A stretch of DNA of 64,000 nucleotides. Source: Negaprion brevirostris (taxonomy: Eukaryota). Every line of letters begins with the position of its first letter. Within the stretch, counting starts at the first letter, position 1. The DNA lies in NCBI GenBank assembly GCA_030324005.1, contig JARDVH010000099.1, positions 36,292,460-36,356,459 on the forward strand. The letters run 5' to 3'. This document shows positions 1-9,855 of the stretch, piece after piece. The notes under the pieces are model-generated. The model was not told where the DNA came from. It worked only from the letters and a program-made list of their open reading frames with translations, and did not search any database. The position numbers and the translations under genes were made by a program.

Positions 1-80
1 AGTTTTTCGCCGTTTAAGTAATAGTCCTTCCTACCATTATTCCTACCAAAGTGGACCACCTCGCACTTGCCAACATTCCC
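1..80 (-). mobile_element. CR1-type LINE ORF2 (RT) fragment
   Basis: The reverse strand reads NVGKCEVVHFGRNNGRKDYYLNGEK, the KCEVxHFG motif typical of the CR1 RT C-terminal region. Confidence 0.8.
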
Positions 81-154
81 TGAGGGAGATTCCTGGAAAG
101 AGAAGAGAGGCTTATATCTGGGCAGTGAGCATGAGGACCAGATTGATCTTTAAG

Positions 155-480
155 GCTAGCATTTATATTGCACCTTTGAACTTTTAGAAAACCTCCTATG
201 TCACCAGAGCATTCTTGAACAAAATTTTACACAAAAGTGAGGTATTAGGACAGATGGCCAAAAGCAAGAGTTGAGTTTTAGGAATGTCTGTAAAGTTTCG
301 AGTAAAATAAGAAATGGAAAGATTTAGGAAGGAAATTCAAGGGCTTTCAAACAAAGTTATGGCTGCCAATGGTGAAGTGATTAAATTGTGTGCCCAACAG
401 GCCAGAATTGGAAGAACACAGGTATCCAAGAGTGCTGTAAAGTTGGAGGAAGTTAGAGATGTATGTCCTTACTCGAGTGC
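155..480 (-). mobile_element. Decayed L2-type LINE 3' end
   Basis: It starts with GCATTTATATTGCACCTTT, the reverse complement of an AAAGGYGCTATATAAATGC-like L2/Deu tail, followed by purine-rich L2-like sequence. Recognised from memory of the family. Confidence 0.55.
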
Positions 481-1809
481 TTAAACTATTTGCTTTTTCC
501 CCTTTTTTGTGAAACGGATTGTTGGTGATTTTGTAGTAACAACTCCTAGCATTGATGATGAGGTTAGTTTTCACTGAAAGTGTCTTTAATGCTTTCTATG
601 GTTGCAGATTTTGCTTTCTGTAGGTCTTTTTATATGTCTTACATATTTGTTGAGTTGGTAGGAAGAATCACTGGTATTGATTATTCGTAAACACGGAGAC
701 CAAAGAGAGGGAAGGGGTCTGGTTGCTCCAACATTTGGACTTGAACCATTGTACGACAGTTTCATTCAGCCTTGTCAGCCCATTGGTGAGTGAATTTGAC
801 TGCCCATCTCGGTGTTCGCTGATTTGTGACGTTCAGCATGGTTCTGGGACAGGAGGTGAAATCCCAGTAGGGTAGTGGGATTTCAAAGAGTGAACCTGAA
901 AGGTAAACAAATTGTGAGGAGGTTTAGTTCCTTTCAACCATTTGGAGGATTATTATCAGAGTAAGCCTCATTGTGCACCACAGGGATTCTTTGACTCTGG
1001 ATTTAGAATTGTAATCTTTGCTATCTTCTACAATAGAATACCTCTGGGTTTCAGGTCCTGAACTATTACTGAAATTGCTGACATTAATGCTTGCACTGAG
1101 TGGATTCATTCAGCGATATTAGTGCTGCAGCTAATGTGCGTCAAGGTACATCTTTTGAGGAACAAGTGGAGAATGAGATAGAGAGTGGGAGGGTGGAATT
1201 TCAATGAAATTGGCAACTCTAGATTGTATAAATGGAATGTTCAGTGAGTGAAACAAAAGACATTGAATAATACATTCAGCTATATCAAATCATGATGAAA
1301 ATATTACAGCTTTGTGGTACATTTTAGATTCTAAACTGTGCCCAGGGAAGATATCCCAGGTTGTTTAGATGGCACATTTTGGCCGGCATGTATGTTAATT
1401 GCCCAGCTGAAGATCTGAAATCTACTTTAGTGCTTGTTTTGTTAGCTTAACATCAGCTGTTTCCTGTAGAACAGGATCTGAATGACTGGGTCCAGTGTGT
1501 GCACAGCATTGTGGCGTGCCAATACCTGCTGGCACGATGACAGATTCCTTATTTAATTTGTAATTGATTAAACTATTTAACAAATTGATTTTAGAATCTG
1601 CTTTTAAACCCAGACTGTTCTAAATCAGCTATAGTCTTCATTAAGTAATGTAGATTTGTTTTACATACTGCAGTAAGCAGGAACTTTGACATATGGCACT
1701 ACAGATTGGAAGGGGAGCTGGTGATGGCAGTAGTTAGTTGTGGTGGAGATGACCTCTGAGTTCCTAATCCCAGTCTGATCTCTGACAAGATCTTGAAAGT
1801 TGTCTAATT

Positions 1810-2067
1810 TTCTTTCTCCTACTCCTCACCTGAAGGTGCTGACTGGTGCAAAGGAGCTGTCATTCATTTAGTTCCTTGCCCAAGTGGTAGCTGTCAAGAT
1901 GTTAGCTGAGAAGGTATATGGTTGCAGCCTATTCCACAGTGGGGAGAATTGCAACTCAGAAAAGTTAAGGCCGTTTGTAGAAATTTACACCATTTGCATC
2001 AATATCTTCAGATAACTTTGCAGACCAAGGATCAGAGCTGAAAGTTGCCTGGTGTTTGTGATTTAGT
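1810..2067 (-). mobile_element. Ancient degenerate SINE-like repeat (family also at about 4850, 24640 and 32750)
   Basis: Shares motifs with the other copies (TCTCCT...CCTGAAGGTGCTGAC; CCTTGCCCAAGTGG here versus CCTTGCCCAAGTGA at 4906). Confidence 0.5.
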
Positions 2068-2867
2068 NNNNNNNNNNNNNNNNNNNNNNNNNNNNNNNNN
2101 NNNNNNNNNNNNNNNNNNNNNNNNAGATTGGTTTCAATGATTCTTGAATACTTAAGTTATAGTTATAATTATGTTGAATGTATGCACCTGTATAGGAGGG
2201 AATGGGGATAGAAAATATAACTAGATATTTTTGATGTTGAAATGTGCGCTGTCGTTTCTTTTTACTTTTCCCTTATACATTATGTAGATTGGGAATCATG
2301 CAGGCAGTGCCAAATACCAGTAGCATACAGTCTTTAATTGTCTATTCATTCTTGCACTATAGCCCAGTGCTGATAATTAATTGTAAGGTATATGTGTGCA
2401 ACTGAAGTGAACCTCATTTGCTTGCCAGCACTCATGATTTTCCTTAAGAATAAATGGGTCAGAATCACGACCTCTAAACTCAACATGGAAAGAGTTCCAA
2501 ATTTTTGCAGTACACTAATCAATGCAGGTTGAACCAGGAACTTGCATTCTCTAACCCTGGAATTACTTCTTGGAAAGATGGACATAATTTCAATTGTCTG
2601 GGAATTATATATGATGTGCACTGATTACAATGGTACATTTTGCTGTTAACCTGAGACACTATACCTTCAGCACTCCCAATGTTGGTTGGATCCAAAGTTT
2701 CAGAACACTGAGAAGCAGTTCATGTACATCCATCTCAATACCCATTAAAATAAGGAAGGATTTGATTTTGTTTTGTAATTTGGAAAGTTTTTGGAATAAT
2801 TCTAATTAAAATAACTTGGCAGCAATAAGGAGACAAAATCATGATGGGATCAATGAAAAAATACCAT

Positions 2868-2995
2868 GGGACGCATTTTCCCATTCTGCCCACCATGGGA
2901 ATCGTAGCGGGTGAGGGGTAGACCATGGAAAGATCCATTGACCTCGGGTGGGATTTTCTGATTTTGGGCTGAGCGTAGGTGGGAAAATCCTGCCC
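2868..2995. mobile_element. MITE, PIF/Harbinger-like non-autonomous element
   Basis: Imperfect terminal inverted repeats GGGACGCATTTTCCCA ... TGGGAAAATCCTGCCC. The interior is homologous in reverse orientation to 44421-44535 (GACCTCGGGTGGGATTTTCTG versus CAGAAATTCCCACCCGAGGTC). Confidence 0.75.
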
Positions 2996-3304
2996 ACAGT
3001 CTTTCTACAGCGTCATGAAATGAAAAAATGCTTGGAAATGTCTTGAAGTATTTTTCTTGCTTTGCATTGCAATATGTGCATATGAAAGTGTTAAAGTGGC
3101 ATGAATTGATTACTATCTTTAGCAGTTGTCATGAGGTTGGCTTAATTACTGTATGTTCCTTTTAGACAAAGAGGATGCCCGTATTTCCCACCCTCTCACC
3201 CGCGATTGGGAAACCTATTGTGGGGAAAGATGCTGGTACTTGAACCGTTTTTGTGATTCTGATGATCTTGTGGACGTTGGAGGGGAAAAAACCCTCATTT
3301 TTTG

Positions 3305-3382
3305 ATGATTGAATTGCATCTCAGCCAAAACTGAGCAGGTACATATATATGCTAAGTTTTGGCAGAGATGCAATTCAATCAT
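3305..3382. repeat. Long inverted repeat/hairpin (33-bp arms, 2 mismatches, 12-nt loop)
   Basis: Left arm ATGATTGAATTGCATCTCAGCCAAAACTGAGCA, loop GGTACATATATA, right arm TGCTAAGTTTTGGCAGAGATGCAATTCAATCAT. Confidence 0.95.
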
Positions 3383-4849
3383 TATGAGTTTTTTTTCAAA
3401 TCTGTGTGGTCGGTGGTGGAAGTTTTACTCACCAGTTGGTTAATAGTGATTGTATGTAGTAACTGTATTCTTTGTTGCTTCAATATTTGCCACCTGGTTA
3501 TGTTTCTTCATTCATAATGTTAGATTTTCCTATAAGGAACTTTTATTTTTCTTGAAATGAAATCTTATTTTTATTTAACTTGTGGGTGAATGCAAATCTA
3601 CTGTTTTGCAGATGTTTTTCTTACCAACTAGAATTAGTGTTAAATTTCACACACAGAATAGGTTCTGGCTCCAGTGCTGGACCTTGCCACTGTCTCAAAG
3701 ATGTTTTCACTGCAGCGGAAGTTCTGCATCTTTTCCTGTTGCTTAGAGTCTTTAACCTACAGTACAACATGACTCTTCCATTTCTTTGTATTTTCATACT
3801 CGTGCAACAAGTGCTTTCTATAAATGTTGATTGGAAAGCTATTTCAATTGAATTTCTGGTGGCAAATGTGAAGCGTTCATTTTTTATGATCGTGGTTTGA
3901 CCTCCCATTTGGCAAAGGAACAAAACACTGTTGGGTGAAATTTATTTCCTGTTTTCTTTTGTCTATTTGTATTATGGGCAGAAAATACTCCAAATATTAA
4001 AACTGTCAGTTCTCATTGGCTAAATGATTTCCTTGGTGGAACCTGGGGGAGAAACATAATTGTTTATTATAAAGAAAGGGATTGAAGTGTGGATGTGATG
4101 TGTGGATACTTTTTGCATAACCGGGAAGAAAGAATCAGTGAACATAAAAGCCAGAAGCCTTAAATGTATTTTGAAGGGAAACTTCAGACATGATTCATGA
4201 AATATGTCCTAACATACTGAGTAATAACTACTAATTCAACAAGGTTTAGGATCTGAAATTGGTGCTAAGGTTGGGGTTCACAAAAATGGTCTGTGGCATT
4301 CCTCTGGCAACTGAATGACTGTTGCATTTTGATGTACAGATTACTTATTATCACAAGCTTTACGCATGTGACATACAGTGAATATCTAAGGCTATGATTG
4401 GAAATTCTACCCAAACCCTATTATGGTGAGCATTGTGTTGTAGTTAGGGTTGTTTTATCTGGTTTCTGTGTAGAAGCCATAAATGCTGTGTGCTCTGTTG
4501 TATGTCATAGTATAAAGCAGACAGCTGTACTGAGGAGCTACTGTAAAATATTTTCTGGCAGCAGATAAAGCAGAAAACCTGCTTGTCTGGCTACTGCTAC
4601 AATGTCACCAGTGTGCTCAGCACCATGGGAGAGTTTTAATCCAAACCTCCTGAAACGTCTGCCTGTGTTACCAAGAACAATATTGCCAGAGGCACCTGCT
4701 TTACTTGAGCTGACTAAAGTTCAGATCTAAACATTATTTTAACTTTGCCTGCCATTTTCGTTCAGTACATAATGTGATTAGCCCTCTCTGAAGGGAAAGG
4801 TGAGGACTTGTGGCCATTTAGGCTTAATTTAAAACTTGTTTTTTTCCAG

Positions 4850-5225
4850 TTTTCTCTCCTGGTGGCAGACACTTTTACTGGGAATGACTCATGAAGCCCT
4901 TAGGTACCTTGCCCAAGTGACCGTTTAATAAACAGAAGTTTAGTGTTGAGCCTTAACTGGCTAAATCCTATTCATGGGCTACCACAATCAAACCCAATTC
5001 TGTGTCTTGCAAACATGCATTTGTGAGCAGAGGTTGCTGGTTAGCAACCAGATTGGGAATCCTGCCTCATTATGCTTCTCCCCTTCATAGACCTTGTAAT
5101 GTAATGGGCTATTACATTAATTGACACTACCTGTCTGATGGAGCTAAGCTAGCTCAACACATACCAGGAACTTTTGGGTGGCAGAGTACTTTTTACATAG
5201 TCTCTTTACCCAGTAAGCCATGCCA
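4850..5225 (-). mobile_element. Ancient degenerate SINE-like repeat
   Basis: Collinear with 24640-25010 (GTACCT..., AGCAG..GTT.CTGG.TA.CAA, GAATCCTG, terminal TAAGCCAT). Confidence 0.55.
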
Positions 5226-6247
5226 GGAAACTATTATGAACTGTTTTCACAAAGTGTATAGGGACAGATTTTTCTCCTCTTCACATGCAGCAGGGTGAGT
5301 GTGGGTATCTAGGAGTGGCTGGGGTTCAAAATTCAGCCCACTTCCTGCAGATCACAGTTTGAATTGTATTTGCACTTCCAGATGAGGCAGTTGAAACAAA
5401 AAGGCTCATGATCCCCAGAGGTCTTAAAAAATGTGCATGGGTCAGTGTTTCAAATTAATGTGTCTTCTCTGCACTGATGATACCTAATGGATTTGTAGTT
5501 TCTGTTAGCTGGAGTGAAAAATCTATTCCTCATTAGGCCAAGTGTTTTTAATGCAATGTGACAAATGCAGCATTTTTATCCCATTTGCTGCATAGTTTGT
5601 TACCTTACATAAAATGATCCACAGACAATGAAAATGGTGATTCCTAATCAGATCTAAGTGATAACAAATCATTTATTTTAACTATTTATGGATGTGGGGT
5701 TACTTGGGTCACATTGGGATCCTATCAATACAAAAGTATAATAGAGCAAAGAATTGTTTGTAAGTGTGATGAATGAATAATGGAGCATGCCATCATAACA
5801 ATTGTGGCAAATTAGTGACCTCTTTTCATTCTCCTTAGCTACAAATTTGTTGATTCAAACTGACAAATGTGAAAATTTTCAGTCACAGTTTTGATAAAAG
5901 TTTGGAGGATGCTGTTTATTACTTAAGACTGACTGATTTTAGTACATTTATGCTGTATCTGTTCTATCAGGATTCCAAACAAGCCATTCTGAAAATCTTT
6001 GTTTTTCCTTTAAATAAAATGTGTTATGGGACATCACTGCAAAAAGAGCAGGCCAAAACATGTTTATACTCATTGATTTGATCATTTAAATTGGTTGACC
6101 TCTTCAAGGTAAAACATCAACCTACATAAAATATATTAATACCTGCAAGAGCTTTTTCAGTTGTTTTCTGTTATTATAGTGCTTTTAGTTCTTTCTGACC
6201 AATTCTTTTTTTCTGTTTCTTACGTTGACATTTTTTGCTATACTTAG

Positions 6248-6306
6248 AATGTCAAATCCTTTCAGACGGGAGGTTGCTTTAGAAAACCTGTATACAAGCT
6301 GGAAAA
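6248..6306 (+). CDS. Candidate 59-nt internal exon of an unidentified host gene
   Basis: A long polypyrimidine tract ends in TACTTAG (acceptor) and the donor is a strong AA|GTAAGT. Two frames are open (NVKSFQTGGCFRKPVYKLE or MSNPFRREVALENLYTSWK). Protein not recognised, and it could be a non-coding exon. Confidence 0.45.
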
Positions 6307-6469
6307 GTAAGTACAAATTATTCCCATCCCCGCTTCTTCCGTTAATTTACTGTTTTAAACAAAGGCCTAGATTTTTGCAGAGTTGTGGAAACTGTACGAT
6401 GTATCCAAAATGACGGATAGACCGCTGATCTGAAAGTTCTGTCCCTATTTCCATCAGAACCCATTTTCA

Positions 6470-7350
6470 ATAGGGAGAAGGACTTGGGGGGCGGGATGGA
6501 AGGGGCAGGCAGTGACTCTCATATTAGGGAAACCAAACTGAGTGGCGCCTATTTAAAATCAGTGCTGGAGTAAGGGCCTTATTCTGCAGCTTGAGAGTTA
6601 TGGCTTTTTTGAATTGATGTAAATGTTATTGAAGGAGAGCTCAGTATGTAGCGCTATCAAGTTATTTAAATGCCCAGCCCATTAAAAATTGAAAACAAAA
6701 CACTGCTTGCCTCTGTCTGAGGGCTGAAAAAAATCAGTTCTAGCTGTTTAAACGCTATCATTATTAATATTTTCCAAAACCTAGCATTAACACAATGGAG
6801 CGGCTCCACGTTCATAGTTGACTGACAGTTCAAAGAGATTGGTAAATTGGGACATAATTCATTGAATGGGCTTTCATAAATTCCAGTTTATTTATGTACT
6901 GTAGTAAGGTCTGTAATAGATAGCGCTTTATTATATTTCAACTTAACATGGCTTCTGAAGTCTGCTCATAGTGGATACTGGGTAAGTTGATATAGGGACT
7001 ATAAAGGGCTATGGGATGGATGGGTGTCATGAGTTGGCATGGAGGCTGTGCAAGGCCATTCGGATGGGTGGGGAATGTGTTGGCATGAGATGACATGTAT
7101 GGGCATGGTGCATTGGGGTGAGAGCTAGAAAACCAAGTGTTTAAGAAAACAGTTGGACAAAGTCCTGGAGCACTATGGTGGACCTTTTAACCAACCTGTT
7201 TTGGCACGGGGCAACTCGCGTGGCCACTTTCAATCTGCCACTGGGTACCTGATTCCATTTTGCCATTTAGGTCATTTTTTTCCTGAGGCAGGTGTGGTGA
7301 GCTGTTAAATTTCCTGGCACTGTGCGCCCACCTTGGCAGTGAGAACCCAG
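6470..7350. mobile_element. Decayed Harbinger-like non-autonomous DNA transposon
   Basis: Contains a G-rich GGCATG-repeat block (7000-7120) and end motifs resembling those at 29345-30110 and 58783-59297. Confidence 0.4.
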
Positions 7351-8119
7351 GATATAGAATCTGTCTGGCTCATGCCAATATGGACATGTTGTTACTCTAT
7401 TTCAGGATTTGTAAGTAATGTTTCTTTAGTTAAATGGAGGCAGTGATTGACACCCCATAAGTGATTTAAATGTGCAAGAGATTTCGCTGCCTCTCCAACA
7501 GGCTGAAACCTTTATGGTTCTACTTCCTATTTTAATGGGAAGTGAAGCAGCTGGGCCATTAGTCCCAATGTGGAGGGATTTTTGAGAGTGAATGCAACAC
7601 TAAATAAGGGCCTATGCCAGAATTCAATCAAAATGCCTTCGAGTGTGCAGACTTTTTTGAGCGCTAAGAGGGATGGATGGGATAGTTTTTTCCTTTCAGA
7701 ATAGATTTATAGGAAGGCCATGTGAATAATGCTTTGGGGAGAAGTCAGCTATTGTAACCAAGCTGGAGAGGTCGAAATGTAGGGAATATTTGAATTCTCT
7801 ATGAAAACACACAGAATTATAGTGTGGCTCCTGCATTTCTAAAATTTTCTGTTTGTTTTGAGGGGCAGAACGTAGTTGGCAGTGAGCACTGTGTTCCTTT
7901 CTGTTGACATAGAGCTTTGTCTACTGGGGCTTTTGCAGGTGTTTGAAATGTGGAAGCAGAAGTGCTTTAAATGGTGGTTTTTGCAGAAACTGGGTAACCA
8001 GTTTAGCAGAACTCTGCTCATTTGAATGCTATTCAATCAGACCCACCCCCGCAAACCTGCTTTTACCCTGTCTTGCATCTCTGGTCTATCTGATTTTAAC
8101 ATGGCTGTATTACTTCCGC

Positions 8120-8190
8120 TCAAGGGGATTTTCACAGTAATTTCATTGCAGAGTTAATGTAAGCCTACTTAGGAGACTAATAAACTTTAA
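8120..8190 (+). mobile_element. Isolated LINE/SINE 3' tail
   Basis: GGATTTTCACAGTAATTTCATTGCAGAGTTAATGTAAGCCTACTT...AATAAA is nearly identical to the tail of the SINE at 38196-38255. Confidence 0.8.
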
Positions 8191-8279
8191 ACAAAGTAGT
8201 TGTTCACCTGAGACAAACAAACCATTGCAAGTCCTATTCAACTTACGCAGGGGACAACGATTGCAGGCAAAGGGTAACT

Positions 8280-8535
8280 CATTACATGACGTGGCTTTGA
8301 TCTCCCTCTTCTTCCGCCCCCTCCCAACCGGCTCTATCATTTCTGCCCCTATCCTCCCCCACCCTCCCGACGTTTTCTGAGAATGATCTCCTAAATGCCT
8401 TCCAGGAGAGTGGTGATTTGGTGCTGGGCTCTCTTCATGCGCAGATGCCAGGGAAATCCTTGTGAGCTTCTTCTCCTTTGCTCTGTGCTATGCTTAATTT
8501 ACTGTCTCCCCACCCTCAATTCCGCCCCCCCCCCC
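8280..8535. promoter_or_regulatory. Candidate intronic promoter/enhancer motif cluster
   Basis: A locally C-rich, CpG-retaining block. It has TGACGTGG (8287), GC boxes CCGCCCC (8314, 8522), a STAT-type TTCTGAGAA (8375), CATGCGCA (8436) and an NF-kB-like GGGAAATCC (8451). Motif evidence only. Confidence 0.35.
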
Positions 8536-9078
8536 AATTGCAGAGTGATGGCTTGTGTTGTAGTATGTACTTCAGAAAGTTAACAGAAAATGCAATAAAT
8601 AGATCACTGCTACATTCGCTGCACTGTGACCATTCACTCAATGCAGTGTGAANNNNNNNNNNNNNNNNNNNNNNNNNNNNNNNNNNNNNNNNNNNNNNNN
8701 NNNNNNNNNNNNNNNNNNNNNNNNNNNNNNNNNNNNNNNNNNNNNNNNNNNNAATGCAGTGTGAAGGATTCCAACTCATAAATATCCACTGCACTCAGAA
8801 CTCACGAAGGCAACTTTGCATATAGTCAGAAACTTGTCAGATTTGTTAAGGTTAAAGTTGAAGAAAATGTCTGATTTTATTCCCAACAAAATGACTACAA
8901 CATTGATTTCTATTTGCCCCTGGTAATTTTAATTCCCTCTTACATTGCAACCTCGTTATGTAATTGTTTCTTTACTTCTCTTGCTCTGTGATAGGTGTGG
9001 TTCTCTGCTTATATGGGGCTAGCCATAAAACTGTATTCTTAGTTCCTCTATTTTCCTCATACACCATCCCCATTCTCT

Positions 9079-9855
9079 ACAAATGTGAAGTTATCCACTT
9101 TGGTAGCAAAAACAGGAAGACAGATTATTATGTGAATGACTATAAATTAAGAGAAGGGAACTGTGCAACAAAACCTGGGTGTCCAAGTACTCCAACTGCT
9201 GTAAGCATGCAAGTACAGCCGGTGGTAAAGAAGGCAAATGTTGGCCTTCATAGTGTGAGGATTCAAATACAGGAGCAGGGATGTCTTGTTGCAACTATAC
9301 AGGGCCTTGAAGTGACCACACTTGAAATATTATGTGCAATCTTGATCTCCTTATCTGAGGAAGGATGTTCTTGCTCTACAGGGAGTACAGAAAAGGTTTA
9401 CTAGACTGAATCCTGGGATGGCAGGACTGACATGAGGATACTTTAAGTCAGTTAGGATTATATTCGCTGGAGTTTAGGAGAACAAGGGGAATCTCATAGA
9501 AGCTTAAAATTCTAACGACTACGAAGAGTAGATGTCAGAAGGATGTTCCCAATGGTAGCGGTGTTCAGGACCAGGGGTCATAGTCTAAACAAATGGGATA
9601 GACCATGTAGTAATGGGATGAAGAGAAATTTATTCACCCAGAGAGTGGCAAGCCTGCAGAATTAGTTACCACAGAAAGCAGTTGAGGCCAAAACACACTT
9701 TTCAAGAAGAAGTTAGATGTAGCTCTGGCGGTAAGGGGGATCAAATGATATGGGGGAAGATGGGATCAGGGTATTGAGTTGGATGATCATAATGAATTGT
9801 GGAGCAGGCTTGAAATGCCAACTGGCCTACTACAACTACTATTTCTATGTTTCTC
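9079..9855 (+). mobile_element. CR1-type LINE 3' fragment (RT C-terminus plus 3' UTR)
   Basis: Contains KCEVIHFGSKNRKTDYY and MQVQPVVKKAN with frameshifts, and ends in TGGCCTACT...ATTTCTATGTTTCT, the CR1 tail. Confidence 0.9.

Noticed and set aside
1470-1540. + strand acceptor followed by EQDLNDWVQCVHSIV, reminiscent of a PH-domain C-terminal helix
   Set aside because: The frame stops after about 23 codons with no donor, and no upstream PH-domain exons are visible.
3624-3756. A minus-strand 132-nt exon-like segment with AG and GTAAG boundaries and one open frame
   Set aside because: The peptide (LKTLSNRKRCRTSAAVK...) is unrecognisable, the pyrimidine tract is weak and it is opposite to the inferred gene strand. 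Likely chance.
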